In this document: positions 24,361-38,667 of the stretch, in pieces
Numbering within the stretch: position 1 is the stretch's first letter
Layout of the letters: the number at the start of each line of letters is the position of its first letter
NCBI RefSeq assembly: GCF_009914755.1
Contig: NC_060931.1
DNA: 64,000 nucleotides
Direction: 5' to 3' (one strand)
DNA from: the human T2T-CHM13v2.0 reference genome, Homo sapiens
Notes under the pieces: generated by a model
What the model saw: only the letters and a program-made list of their open reading frames with translations
Database searches by the model: none
What the model was told of the DNA's origin: nothing
Translations under genes and position numbers: made by a program

Positions 24361-25354
24361 GACGGAGACAAGTAGTCTGATGGGATTGGTTGACATAAAG
24401 AACCTTAATGAATTGTACCTACTGAATTCTTCATGTATTTTCTAGCCTGAAATTTTCTCATACAATTGTCATATTTACAGAGCATTCTGTTGTCAGCTGG
24501 ATTTTTTTTTATCGTGTCTAATTTCTGTGTTATGGAGACATTTCATCTCTTTATCTCAGCATGGTAGAGGGAGGTTGTGTTTTGTGATTAAAGCACTGAC
24601 AGCAGGAGCTGTGGATGCTAGTTCAGTTAACGAATCTTGTGTTTTTTGATAGACTTTAACCTCACTGTTCCACAGGGTCTTCATCTTCTCAGCATGTTTG
24701 ATAAAGATGCTTGCTTGCCCTGATATATTAGGTTTGTAGTAAATTCTAAAAATGAGAGATCTGTGAAAAATTTTTATAATTAAAATTGTTACTGTTATGG
24801 AAATCATAGTTATTTCCTGCAGAATCCTGATATTTCACTTGTTTTAGTGGAGAATTTTGTTTTTTTTTTTTTTTTTTGAATATGCATAAGGGCCTTTACG
24901 GACCTGGTATTAATATCAATTGAGAATCCCTTTGTTTAATTAATTTCATATTTTTTATTTAGAGATGGAAATTTGTTAATAAACTGTTTTTCCCCTTTTG
25001 ATATAATACATAATAATTTACTTACATATACTGTTTTCTTTTATCGAAAGTGGCACATATTCCAAATCTGGACACTTGGAAAAGTGTGATAGCTTGCTTT
25101 GGTGAGGATAGAAATTTTGGGCATTGTATGCTACTTGCTTTATTGGGATACATGTCAAATTTTCTGTTATTGCGCTATGTCTTAAGATAGGTGCTTCAGC
25201 TTTTGTGTTTGTAAAATTGTTATTATTTCCCGAAGAAGTTCACAATAATAACTGTGCTGAACAGCATGGAATGATAATTTTAAGAAGTATGAGGGAATTC
25301 AATCCAGAACATACGTGAGTTATTTCCTAAATCCTGAGGTTCTAAGTCTCTGTT

Positions 25355-25525
25355 TCTCAAAGAATGGCACCTCATTCTCAGCATCACTGGGGAACTTGTT
25401 ACCTATGCAAACTGTAAAGCCCTATCCTAGACCTACTGAATCAGAAATTCTAGAGGTGTGGCTAAGCATTGTATTTTAAGCCTTCCAGGTGATTCTAATG
25501 TCTGTGAAAGCTTAAGGATCACTGC
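25355..25525. mobile_element. MER5A relic
   Basis: agcatcactggggaacttgtt...agacctactgaatcagaaa...ccaggtgattct. Confidence 0.7.
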
Positions 25526-26505
25526 CCTCATTGAGTATTTACATTATGTTACTTAAAATGCAATTTAAATACTACTCTTGTATATATGAAAAGCTAAGTG
25601 CAACTCATTCCCCACTGAAAAGGTCAATTAACTGCTCTTGTTCCATTAATGCAGAGATTTGTCATATAGTTATAGAGGAATTGTATAAAACTGAGTGCGT
25701 ACCAATGAGTAACTGGAAGAATGTTAAACATCTTTGGAAGTCAGTTTTTATGTAAGAGTTTGGATAGAACAAACTTTTAAGGACTACCCTGCCAAAGTAG
25801 TAAAGGGGATGGTAAATATTATGAAATTAATTGAATTTATAGCAGCAGTTAGGGACTAAAAGGGGATATGCTTTCCCTGGCAAGATCATCTTTCTGTTTA
25901 AATGCAAACTATAGTAACAAAATACAAAATATAGTTTACCACTATTCGGTATTCCTCATGAATTTTTTTTTCCTTGACCAATTCAAAGCATGTGATATGA
26001 AGAGATGTGGCATTTAGGGAGTAGGGGAAATCTGAGCTTAGATGTCTAAGGAAGGAAAGTACCGTATTAGGAAACATGGATATGGTTAAATGCATGTGGG
26101 AATAAAACTTGAGTCATCTGTGGTATGACCATTTGATAATGCTGTGATGTATTTGCACTCTAAATTCCATCATTTGTTAGATTAAATTCTTATTTGTATT
26201 GTACGACTCCTTCATAGATCTTTCAATGAGGAAATAGTGGAAATATTTTGGTGGTTTACTATCTTAACATTCTACTGAATGTTCAGAGTCTGATTCTCAC
26301 ACTTTGGAAAGTGGTACATATCCTCACTGATGGGGAAGATTTTAACAAATGCCCATTACGGTACAGCAGATACTTCCCAGCTGGTGACCTATTTTCAGAT
26401 ACTACATTTTGTTTCTGTGGACTGTCATAAATTTAATTCCAGTGGTGTAATATTTAAAGTGTCGTTATGCATATAATTTATGTAACAATTTACAGTTTTG
26501 AAGTA

Positions 26506-26806
26506 TAGTTGACCCTTGAACAATGCATTAATAACATGAACAGCCGATTAATGTGTCTTTTGTATATGTATTATATACTGTATTCTTAAAGTAGGCCAGA
26601 GAAAAGAAAATGTTATTAAGAAAATCATAAGGAAGAGAAAATATATTTACTGTTCATTAAGTGGAGTGGATCATCATACAGGTCTTCATCCTCATTGTCT
26701 TCATGTTGAGTAGGCTGAGGAAGGGTTGGTCTTGCTGGCTTGGGAGTGGCAGAGGCATGTAAGTGGACTTGCATAGTTCAAACCCATGTTGTTCAAGGGT
26801 CAGCTG
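26506..26806. mobile_element. Tigger2-derived non-autonomous element (MER28/Tigger2a-like)
   Basis: TIRs TAGTTGACCCTTGAACAA / TTGTTCAAGGGTCAGCTG flanked by TA. Confidence 0.85.
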
Positions 26807-27004
26807 TACTTTCAAATGTGTCATATAGTTACCATAGTAATCCTATTAGATACTAATTACTGCTTTCCACTTAAAGATGATAAAAATACTCAGTTACCTC
26901 CTTAGGGGCACTTTAATTGTAAGTTTCTCATCATGGTTTGAGGGTGTATAAAGTCAGCATAGACTTCGTTACCTCTGTCCTTGATTGTCAGTGATTGATT
27001 CCAG

Positions 27005-27340
27005 GCATTACCCTGGTATTGTACATGTTATTTTAATCCTCACAAGAATTTGTCTCAAGAGGTAGCATTGTCCTCATTTAAAGATGAGGAAACTAAAGGT
27101 CAAAGGTAGTTAGCAAAGTGGGCGGTGGCTAATAATAGCTCACACACTGAGGTCTGGCTACCTGAGTTTTTGTCTAAGCTCTGCCACTTAAATCTCTATG
27201 ACTCTGAACATTTTCTCAATCTCCTTAAGTCTCACCTTTCTAATATATTGAAATAACAGTGTCAGTCTCATAGAACTATTATGAAGATTAAATAGGATAT
27301 AATACGTGGAAAGTGCTAGGTGTACAGTGTGTGCCCAATA
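27005..27340. mobile_element. MIR fragments
   Basis: cctcatttaaagatgaggaaact and ctctgccactt...aaagtgctag MIR core motifs. Confidence 0.6.
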
Positions 27341-29325
27341 TCACATATGAGTACTAAGTAAGGTCACTCCAATGGTAGGAAGCAGCTCTTGTGACAGTGT
27401 CTCATGTCACTTTCTTACTCATTGTTTTCTTTCTAATCAGCACAAGCAATATATACATGAAAATGAGTAGTATTGATAGAGCCTCTAGTAATTTACTAAG
27501 TTAGAGGTAGTAGGCATGAGAGCAAGAAATAGAAGAAAAACTTCATGCAGGGGTAGACATTACATAGTTTAGGCTGAAAGGCCATGACATAAAATGTTTC
27601 CTGAAAAAGCACAGCAGTGTTTTTTTAAATGATTTTAAAAGTCCACCCTTCTCAGACTCATCTTTGCACAATATTTACTTCAATTATTTACCAGTGATTA
27701 ACCTTAAACACAAGAGCAACAGAAATATTTGCATATTTGTTTTTGGTAGAAACCTCCAGTGATCATTCCGCCAAATGAACTTGTCACTTTTCCTACTTAT
27801 GTAGTAGTTACACATATTATCTATCATCCTTCCAACATTTGGAATTATAAGCATTGTTGTTTAGAAAGAATTTGTTCTTTTTATTTTTTCTCTACTTCAA
27901 GTTCCTGTAATACTTTAATTAAACCCTATTCTGGTACTTAGTATTTTTGACATTGTTTTCTAGTTATTTCCATAGCTTATATCCCCTACTTAAAGACAGG
28001 GTCTGACTCAAGTGTCTAATTACATTGGCTAATACTCCCAGTACAAGCCCAAGAACAAATTATAAATTACTCTAAGATGAATGGTCTCTTTCATTGCTTA
28101 GTCATCTTCTCAGTGATCAAGTAGTTATCTCTTAATATTTATGTTTTTCTACTGCCAGTGACTCTAGGTGGAACTAATATCAATTGTGTTGATTAAATAT
28201 TAATTTTAAGAGATTCCAAACAATAATTTAGATATATAAAGTCTGACACTGTTATTGTCCGTTTTTAGGCTTATTTCATAATGTAAGGGTTTGGCTTTGT
28301 TGTTTTCTTTTTAAAAGCAAGTGTTACTGATGCTTCATACCAGAGCTTTTAGAAAAGTAACAGAATATAGTTGACTCTGACGTTGTATGGTTTTAGTGCA
28401 TTCAAGCAAATGTGGCCATTAGTAAGCAAGCAACAACATAACTTACCGAATAGAAAGGGAGAAAAGGCCATTCTCTCTTCTGCCATTCTCTCTGTGTACA
28501 GATTAAACATTTCCTTTGGTCTTGATGAACTGTTAGGTCAGTTTACCTCAAACTGTTTTTTGGCCTAAGGAAATCTGTTCTCTGGCCTTTTGAAGTTACA
28601 TTCAGAGACCGTGCTTTTGGCTGTTTCTTGCAAAGAGATATGTTTTAACTTCTGCAAAGGCCAGAATGGCATGAGATTCTGGTGTGACACATTCACTGAT
28701 GATTTACCAGAAAATACACTGCAAATATGAAAGACTGCAGACAGGTTTTATATGTGGAACTCTGCTCAGACTGAGAGAAAGTCTAGTTATTAGTAAATCT
28801 CTAGTTTTTTCAGAGCTGGATTATTTTGTCACATAAAAATATAGTGAGATAAATGTTAAGAGGACTGCCAGAGTCAGTTTTATTTAATGGTTTCTCTTAT
28901 TCAAATATCACAGGTTAAAAGAAGGTCAGAAAGTGGCAAGTATCTAAAAGATTATGCTTTATAACCAAGCAATCCATAAGCTCTGAGAAATATTTCTACT
29001 AATTACAGCTACTGTTTGTTGAACAGTATTGATCCACTATGTGTCAGAAACTTTACATATATTCTCATTACTCTTCACAACAGCCCTGCAAGATGTGCTT
29101 TAAAATTTTTTTTTTTAATTACCACCTCACATATTAGGAGACAGGCTCAAATAACTCCCACTTTTAGTAAATGTCAGAGGTAAGGTTTGAGCCCAATTCT
29201 GTCAGTTACCAATATCCACATGCTTTTAAGTGAGATAATATTTGAAAGTGCTTGGCAAAATGTTTAAGTGGTAGCTGTTATTATTTCTATTCAGCTGCGC
29301 TTCCTCCCAGACTATAAATACATAC

Positions 29326-29331
29326 ATACCA

Positions 29332-29363
<32 letters not shown>
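29326..29363. repeat. (CA)n microsatellite
   Basis: Directly visible. Confidence 0.9.
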
Positions 29364-29479
29364 GTGAGGAAAAAAAAGAAGAGATAGCATTATAACATGA
29401 CACCTCCAATAGTAAGCATCCTATCATGCCATCAGACTTTCCTTCACATATATAATCCACAAGCAGTTAAAAGCTATAC

Positions 29480-29760
29480 CGGAAAAGCCACTTTACAAGA
29501 TGTAATACCTAGGAGTAAATATAAAGATACCTGTGCACATCTTTTTTGTAGACAACTTTAAAACATTCTAGCAGGACAAAATATAGACTTGAACAAATGG
29601 AAAGAAATGTATGTTCTTGGATAGAATGATTCAAGATTATAAAGACATTAATTCTCCATGAGTTAATTTATAAATTTAACATGAACCTATTAAATAGTCA
29701 CAGTAATTAACAGTTTTTACCCAAATGCTGGACAAGAAGATTCCAAACATCAGAAATCCG
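29480..29760 (+). mobile_element. Old L1M ORF2 fragment
   Basis: atacctaggagtaaat...aaatggaaagaaat..tgttcttggataga. Confidence 0.55.
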
Positions 29761-30244
29761 TCTCTCAATAAGGTGTATAGTTGCTTTTTTTCTCCTCACC
29801 ACCACCAGTTCCCTAATATTTCAATAAATACATAAAAATGTTGGATTCATTTTTATAGGTTACATTATGGAGAACTTTAGTCTCCTAAGAAAGGAGGTAG
29901 GAGTGGAGAGGAGTGTTTGTAACAGTGTTGTGCAGTTCTTTGAAACTCCTAAGTTTTGTGACAAAATTATATCGTGAACTCATCAAAAATTATTTTTAAC
30001 AATCTGTCAGCTGACAACTTGACTAAACCCTTCAGTTTTGTTACTAGCATAGAATAAGGAGCTACCCACTGGCAACAGGATTACTTACCTAGTATTTATT
30101 ATTTACCTTGTTTTAGCCAAATACTAAAAATACCAGTGGATGCCAGTATTTCAAATTGTCTTTGTTTGGTGTTCAGAAGTTTTCTATTATAGCTCTTTAC
30201 TCTTGCTTACTTTTAAAATCATTGTTTTTCCTTTTTTTCCATAG

Positions 30245-30351
30245 TTGCATTAAAATCCTCCCCTACTGAAAGAAACGGAGGCCAGGATAACTGTAGAGCA
30301 GCAAATTTCAGAGAAGGCCTGAACTTACAAGAAGGAGAATTCTTATTACAG
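30245..30351 (+). CDS. AHR: AHR exon 3
   Basis: ttttccatag| acceptor, CAG|GTAAAT donor; [36 protein letters not shown]; 107 nt. Confidence 0.97.
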
Positions 30352-30521
30352 GTAAATTTTAGTAAATATAGTTTCTTACACTAAGGACAGTTGTAAATGG
30401 AAAATGAATTAATAAGTCTTTTAGTAATTCCCTGTTTACTTAGGATTTGCTCAATGTTTTTTGCCACTTTCATCTGAACTGCGATAGTGAATGATGCTTA
30501 ATACATGAAAAACTGGAATTA

Positions 30522-30853
30522 TAGTCATGCACCATATAATGATGTTTCAGTTAACAACAGACCACATATGCGACAGTGGTCCCGTAAGATTATACCATAT
30601 TTTTTACTGTAATTTTTCTAGTTTAGATACAAAAATGCTTACCATGTGTTAAAATTGCCTACAGTATTCAGTATAGTAACATGCTGTACAGGTCTGTAGC
30701 CTTGGAGCAATAAGTTATACTGTATAGCGTAAGTGTATGGTAGACTATACCATCTAGGTTTGTGTAAGTACACTCTATGATGTTTGCATGATGATGAAAA
30801 TCACCTAACCACATATTTCTTTGAATGTGTCCCTGTTAAGTAATGCATGACTG
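30522..30853. mobile_element. Tigger3a/MER7A MITE
   Basis: TIR (T/C)AGTCATGC...GCATGACTG with TA flanks; ~330 bp. Confidence 0.85.
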
Positions 30854-32264
30854 TATATGAAGTAGATTAGTTAGAAGACCGGTCAACCCCTTCTGTTGTA
30901 TTAATATTTCTTCAAACAGCAAGAACTCCTAGAGTATTTTAGAGGTTCTAATTTAAGATGTTGAATTTATATATATTTTTATGGAATGTATCTCTATTAA
31001 AATTGTTAAATGCATTTCTTAAATAGTTTAAAATAGTTCTTAACCCAAATTTCATTTTGCCAATATGTTATAACTTACATTTTATTTTAGCAACTGTTTG
31101 TGACTTATTAACATACTAAAGATTTTCTCAACAACTCCAATCCCTATTTTTATGCTTCAGAATTTAGTTTCTAATTTGTCTATGAAAGCATTTTGCATCT
31201 TTTTTTACTCTTTTTTTTAGAATTGATGCCATGATTGATTCTCACTTAAAATTCTCAGATACTTATTTTGTTGAAAAAAGATAGAATAAAGATGTGTGCC
31301 ATGTGTGCTGTCACCGCTATGTGATCATTATCAGTTTCACCCACTGAACTGACTAGAAAAACTTCACCATTGTTACAAAAAGTAACCCTAAGTTTCGGTA
31401 ACTCCACTAGTTCATTCAGTGGATGGTGATGTGCCTAATAATATAACATTTTTATTACAATTGTGTAATCACATTCAAAGTCCTGTTAGCAAAAATTAAC
31501 TTATGTTAAACAAAGTAAATCTATTAAAGCATGAGTCCTCCCCTAGCCCCAACTGAGGATCTTCATGTATATGTAAACCCAAACATAAAGACTCCTTATT
31601 CAGGTCATAGGAAAGCATTTTAATAATTGCTATTTAAGATGATTAAACACACCTCTTGGGTTTTCTACTAAGGGCCTAATGAAATCCTGTATTTCAGGTG
31701 AAATAGACAGATATGTACTGATTGACGTAACACTTGGCAAGTTGGTTTAAATTATGGGCCATTTTTATTTTTTTCCCAAAACATTTAGGCAAATTGTGTA
31801 CATACCCTATGTCAGGGAAACAGAATAACAATAATATGAATGCAAAGCTGTAAAGCTATAATTATATGGAATATATATATTTTAAATTATCTGCAAATTG
31901 GTAACCCTTAAGAAGTTAAAATAAACTTACCTGTTTATATTGAATACCATTTGTAGATTGCTCTTTTAATAGGAAGACTCACATTCTCTATGATTTTCTT
32001 AGGATTGTGCTTATATGTTATCTTTTTATGAAGAAGATGACTAAAAACATTATAGATATGTGGAAATGGCTGTTTGATTATAACAATTGCATAATGACAT
32101 CTGACTTTATATTGCAACCGACGGTTATCAGCCAATTACCACTACAGTGTGAAAGGTGTTACCAGAGGTTCTGTATACCATATGGCCTAAAACTTTTGAG
32201 GAGAAATATTTTCCTTTGCTTAACAAAGGCATATGAAGAAAATGTTACAAAAATTTTTATTAAA

Positions 32265-32559
32265 GGCCAGGTGCGGTGGCTCACGCCTGTGATCCCAGCA
32301 CTTTGGGAGGCCAAGGCGGGCAGATCACGAGGTCAGGAGTTCAAGACCAGCCTGGCCAACATAGGGAAACCCCATCTCTACTAAAAATACAAAAAATTAG
32401 CTGGGTGTGGTGGCGGGTGCCTGTAATCCTAGATACCCAGGAGGCTGAGGCCCGAGAATCGCTTGAAGCCAGGAGGCAGTAGTTGCAGTGAGCAGAGATC
32501 ACACCACTGCACTCCAGCCCGGGTGACAATGCGAGACTCCATCTGAAAAAAAAAAAAAA
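32265..32559 (+). mobile_element. AluS (Sg-like)
   Basis: Full Alu with poly(A); TSD ~AAAAATTT(TT)ATTAAA. Confidence 0.95.
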
Positions 32560-33384
32560 TTTATTAAAAGTTTAAGACATCTTTCTAGGTTAGCTTCAAT
32601 TTATTACTATTTTACAAGGAATAAAAATGAAACAATGTGAATAACTGTGTCTTTATTTACTTCACATGTTTATTTCATAAGTTTAAAATATATCTCTTGC
32701 TATTTAATACTGTATTGTTAAAATCTTGCAGCTTTGTTTTTCAGTGACAGGAGTTGAAATTTTATATAACAGTATTGCAGTTTCTCTGAAATAATAAGTG
32801 AGCTTAACAAAATTTTCAGATAGGTTGAGTGAATCTTTGTGACTAAAAGAATGATGATCTCTTTTATTTAATTAGCATATTAATTCCTTCTGTTAATTTA
32901 TTGAGAGAAATCAATACAAGTAATAACCTTGGGTCTCCTGGTACTTGAGATCATTTGAGATATATAAAAATTGATGTGCATCTATCGTTTCTAGATTTTT
33001 ATTTCTGATAATAACATTTGTCTAAAGAGATTTGATAACTGTACTTAAATTATCCTTCTGTCTTCTGGCATGTACACCAATGAGTTTATTGGAATGTGAC
33101 TAAATTTGTTTCACTGTTTGAAAAAGTATGATGTTCTACAAAATAATATGAATGTGATCAATGGATAATCTTCCCTAGAAGCAGATATTTTCAGGATGAA
33201 TCAGTGCAATGACGGATATATAGTGTTACTGCCAAGAGAATTTAAGAATATCCAATTTTGAATGTGTTAATCATTAACTATTCAAGTTCTTATGGGTAGA
33301 ATCACCATTGTTTATCCTAAGAGAATTGCCAGGTATTACATATCATATTTGCAGTCAAAAACCTGAGAGCCTGCTTGTGGTTAA

Positions 33385-33700
33385 AGGGACATGGATGGAG
33401 CCGGAGGCCATTATCCTTAGCAAGCTACCACAGGAACAGAAAAACCAAATACCACATGTTCTCCCTTATAAGTGAGAGCTAAATGATGAGAACACATGGA
33501 CACACAGAGGGGAACAACACACACTGGGGCCGTTTAGAGGCTGCAGGGTGGGAGGAGGGAGAGAGGATCAGGAAAAATAACTGATAAGTACTAGGCTTAA
33601 TACCTGGGTGATGAAATAATCTGTACAACAAACCCTCATGACACAAGTTTACCTATGTAACAAACCTGCACTTGTACCACTGAACTTAAAAGTAAAAAAA
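33385..33700 (+). mobile_element. L1PA (older, ~PA13-16) 3' end fragment
   Basis: gggacatggatggag...atgagaacacatggacac...acaaacctgcac...aacttaaaagtaaaaaaa. Confidence 0.85.
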
Positions 33701-35502
33701 TAGAACAAAACAGTCAGAACCATGCACCAATTTGGGATCGATAACACATAAAGGCAGCATATCATGTTATTTAAGTGAGTACGCTTTGGAGCCAGACTGA
33801 ATTTATCTCCTGGATCAGCCATTTTCTGGCTATGTGACCTTGGGCAAGTTACTTTTAAAGGTATAGTCCTTGACCTCAGTTTCTTCTATTGTAAAACTGG
33901 AACATGGCACTTACCTCATTGGGTTTTTGGGAGAAGAAACCACTCAAATACATAAAAACATTTAGAAAAAGGAATACTAAATAATAGTTGTTATCTTTGT
34001 AGTCAAGTTCTTAGAAGTATAATATAGATCAAGAATCTTGAAGGTGGAAAGTAATTGGAGTGGAAAGAGAGACAGTCACTGTATTTCATTTATTTCATCT
34101 GATAATGAAGATATCGACTGGACTATATGTGAGCAGCATAAGCACTAGGGCAAAGACTTGTTAACTCTTAAATCCCAGTACTTAGCATACATATCTCCTC
34201 TTGGGTATGTAATAGTTTATTACGTGTTGAATAAATGAATCACTATTATTTATATAGCTCTTTATAGTTCTCAAAGCATGGTGATATAAATCTTTATTTG
34301 CTCATTTCTACAACCATATAACATTGTACCTTATTACACTGAGTGCTGGCTCTGTGCCAAGCATTGAGTTAGGTGGGATATCGTCATTATATCTACCTGA
34401 TGAAGTGCCAGTTTTTGAAATAACACTGAAGCCTAAAAAGCAGTAAATAGCTTAACCAAAGCCACACAGCTAGTAATAGACAGAGACAGGAGTCCAGACC
34501 AAATCTGTCTGACTACACAGTACAATTCTTAAACTAAACCATACTGTGTTTCTCCTTACATGAAAAACAGGGTGTTAGAAGACATTAGCTGTGATCACAT
34601 AGTAAAGAATAGATCAAGTACCAAATTGAACTCAAGGAGAAAATAGTGAGGGCTTGTAGAATTAAAATATATGATAATAATAAAGTGATCTATGATACTA
34701 TTGTTATCCAAGAGGAGAATAAAGGTATTAGTTGATATTGGACTTGAATTATCCAGTAATAGGAAAAGAAACTATAACATCCAAACTAAAGAGTATGGGC
34801 TAATAAAAAATAATGGACCCAAAGTAGGCAAAACAGAGAGAAAAAGAAACATTATACATGTGAATGTGCTGTGAACAAATAGAAATAACACATATAAAAT
34901 GATAAATTTAGGTATGTGTTCATAATGACATTAAATTTTAGTGGACTAAATTCACTGTATGCTTGCTTTACATGTGTATTATAGTTTAATTACATGTATA
35001 TTTTATATATATAGTGTTTTCCTGTAAAAGTCTTAAAATGTTCTGTGACTTAAAATGTTAGCATCAGTGCTTGAAATGTCTTTGTACAAGAAGAGTTTTC
35101 TATTAATGTTCCCAGTTTAAGAATCTAATCAACATCTTTGCCTCCTGTTTCCCTCTAAAAAAAAGCAGTGTGATAGACTATAGTGAATGATGTCTAGTTT
35201 GTTTTTTAAAAAATATATACAATATATTTAAAAGAGAAAATCTGAAACATGAAGAAGATGAATTCCATATTCTACCAAAGTTATTCTGATTGAGCATTAA
35301 ATTTAGCCATTTTTCCATAGACAAATCAAAAGGTATGAATAGATATTTCTTAGTCCAGGAGTGTATGTTTTGGCTGTGTTTGTGAAATGTGACAATTTTA
35401 ACTATTTTGAAGAGAAGAATTTTCAGAGATAAAAGTAATAACCTTTATCTGATGGTCAATATTAAGTCATATTACTAATTTTAGAACTTCCTTTCCTTGT
35501 AG

Positions 35503-35592
35503 GCTCTGAATGGCTTTGTATTAGTTGTCACTACAGATGCTTTGGTCTTTTATGCTTCTTCTACTATACAAGATTATCTAGGGTTTCAGCAG
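35503..35592 (+). CDS. AHR: AHR exon 4 (start of PAS-A)
   Basis: ccttgtag| acceptor, CAG|GTAAGT donor; [30 protein letters not shown]; 90 nt. Confidence 0.98.
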
Positions 35593-36269
35593 GTAAGTAT
35601 ATATTATTTATATCATTTATATTATTATATCATTTACTTTTTATATATATTTAGGACACAGTTGGCCATTTGTATGTATAAAGTATCAATATATGCTGTA
35701 GAATACAGTATGTATTTGTAGCTAATAATTTTTTCTAATATTAATAATTTACTGCACTATAATTCCTTTAAACCTTTATGTGATTCATGGTTACTGTGTT
35801 TCTTCTTTCGCTTATCAAGAATCTTATATATAAGAAACTTTCAGGCACGTAGGGTCTAGGGGAGAAGATACAAAATTATTTGCTATCAAATAACTTATGG
35901 ATAGCAGAGGATATATGACAACTATGAAATGAATGAGATGCTGTTAAAAAGTACAAGTAAAATCCTATGATTTATACCTTTAATTCTGATTTATTTGGAT
36001 TATGGAAGTTACCCTAAATCAAATGGTATGTAAGCTGACCTAAATAATGTGTAACAGGTGGGTGGTCAAGAAAACATAGGAATATTGAAGTACTGTAAGC
36101 ATTAGACTGGAAGTCATTGAAGGAAACAGACGTGTCTGACTTGTTTGATGTTATTGAATGAACAGTGAATAGATGGAATTATAAATATTTGATATATTGG
36201 AAGGGCAAGAACATCTTTTATGGTTTGAGAACAGATTGTAACATTTGAATGCTTGCTATTCTCATATAT

Positions 36270-36430
36270 CTGGTTCTCAAATTGTACTGTGCACAAGAAT
36301 CACCTGAAGACCTTGATAAAACTTGGTCATCCCTGTGAGCCCCATTGTCAGATATTCTGAATCAGTAGTTCACAGTGGGGCCCATGAATTTGCATTTCTA
36401 TTAAGCTCACAAGGCTGCTGGTCTTAATAA
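36270..36430. mobile_element. MER5-family relic
   Basis: ggttctcaaa...gaatcacctg...tctgaatcagtag...gaatttgcatttcta. Confidence 0.6.
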
Positions 36431-37695
36431 CAGTTATATAGACTAGAGCTTCAACTATATTATATACCCAGTGGAAACCACTGAAGGGTTTTGTTACAGG
36501 GGGTGTGTATATTTCAACTTGTGTTTCAGATGCAACTTTTGGAAATTGTGTAATGGTTGGCATCAAGATGATTTAATACTAGAAGATTAGGTTCCTAGGA
36601 AGATTTAAGTGTAGATGACTAAAGTAGTGGTATCTAGCTACTACTGCTACCACAAAGTCTAAACTCCTGATTTCTTGCATTCTAAAGAAAATACATTAAT
36701 GTCCATAGAAAAGCCTGTTTGAAGCCTAATGTATTATATAACTGTCTTAATCAGGATTTGATATTGTGATTTATATTAGTAAGAAAATCAGAGAGATTAG
36801 CCATTTTCCAATCCATTTTTTTCTCGCATATACACATGGATTTTTTTCCTAAAAGAATATTCATATCTGACGCAAGTGGTAGATTAAGACACCATTTTTA
36901 AAACTGCAAGTTATGACTCGCTCATGGGTATGCAGTCGAGACAGTGGATCACTATCAAACTGTTTTTTAGTTGTTTAGGATAGAATAAAATAATATAGAA
37001 TACACAGTGTTATCTCATGTAATAATGGTAAGTGTTTTGTGAAACTTTTCCATGTGTTTATGTCTGTGCACACACCTGTGACAGATGGAAATGTATTTTT
37101 TATCATAACTTGCAGTTAAAAAAAAAGGAAAACTCTGGTTTAAGCACTAAGGACTCAGCACCGTAGTAAATGGTGAGAGGCAAGAGAAGGAAAGTGGGTT
37201 TAATATGGTAAAGGCACAATCCCTTGCTCTTGTGGAGTCTACTTGGAGTGAAAATTTTATATGAAGAAAATTTTAGAGAACAGTGAAGGAAATACATAAA
37301 GAATACCATTAAGCTTAGAGAAGTCAAAGAGGCCTGGGGTGGTTAGGAAAAGCTGCATGGAAGAGATAAGAATCTAAAAACTAACAAATGAATATGGAAC
37401 ATAAACAGATTTTAATATGTTGCATTTAAGGAATGGGGATGTGACTTATTTGAGCAAGAGCATTCATGTTGGGAACTGATGACAAGTAACTTTTGGCTTA
37501 TCTGTTGTAGTGCCAGTCTCTTTAGCTTTTTCTACCTTAGGTTCTATCTTAGGTGACTAGGGAATTTTAGGAATCATTCAATTCGTATTCATCACCACTA
37601 GCAAGCACCCACTAATCTAAATAGGCTTTAAAATTAATTTAGCCATATTTTTTAATCAGTCCTTTTGTTGTATTCCTTGTATCTTTTTTCTTTAG

Positions 37696-37819
37696 TCTGA
37701 TGTCATACATCAGAGTGTATATGAACTTATCCATACCGAAGACCGAGCTGAATTTCAGCGTCAGCTACACTGGGCATTAAATCCTTCTCAGTGTACAGAG
37801 TCTGGACAAGGAATTGAAG
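37696..37819 (+). CDS. AHR: AHR exon 5 (PAS-A)
   Basis: ttctttag| acceptor, AAG|GTAAGA donor; [41 protein letters not shown]; 124 nt. Confidence 0.98.
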
Positions 37820-38499
37820 GTAAGAATTGATGGTACAAAAAATAGTGTTGGTAGTTTTTAAATATGAGTCTGTGAAAGGAGGCTGGGAACCTGTAGGGTC
37901 ATAGAACTCCATGATAGGGAAGTAGTGGAAAGATGTAAAGTCTGCAATCATAGGCCACAGCTAGGTCACAAAGAGCCTGATGAGCTAAGGAATATTTTGG
38001 CAAATGAGAGCCATTTAATGAGTTTCAGGCAACAGAGTATTGCCATAGTCAGTAATGTATTTTATAAAAATAAGTAGTACCTTCATGAAAGATGGAAGGA
38101 AGGTACAAGGTTGATACCTGAGTGCATGTAAATTATTGTGTTTAAAATGCACCAAAGAAAAAAGTAAGCTAGCATATGCAAGTATAAAAATGCTTTTCTC
38201 AATGCAAAAAATGTTTTTGGAAATTTGTTAAAGTGTTAAGAAAACAAAAATGCATTAGAAAATATGAAAATTGTTGACAGTGATAGCTCAATAAAAATTT
38301 AAAAAATTATGCAAGTTCTATCTGATAAAAGTGATATTTAATAAACTTTTAGTTTCTTGTCATTAGCTCTTTTGAAAATGATTTTTTTGTATTCAGAACA
38401 CAGACTCCAGTTTAGAAACTAATACAAATTTTACCTATTCAAGTGCTTAATTTTACAGCAAAATGGAAAGTAAATTTTGTTTTGCCTTTATTTCTACAG

Positions 38500-38630
38500 A
38501 AGCCACTGGTCTCCCCCAGACAGTAGTCTGTTATAACCCAGACCAGATTCCTCCAGAAAACTCTCCTTTAATGGAGAGGTGCTTCATATGTCGTCTAAGG
38601 TGTCTGCTGGATAATTCATCTGGTTTTCTG
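38500..38630 (+). CDS. AHR: AHR exon 6
   Basis: tttctacag| acceptor, CTG|GTAAGG donor; [44 protein letters not shown]; 131 nt. Confidence 0.97.
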
Positions 38631-38667
38631 GTAAGGTACAAAATTTTATGATACTGGCTTTTACTAT

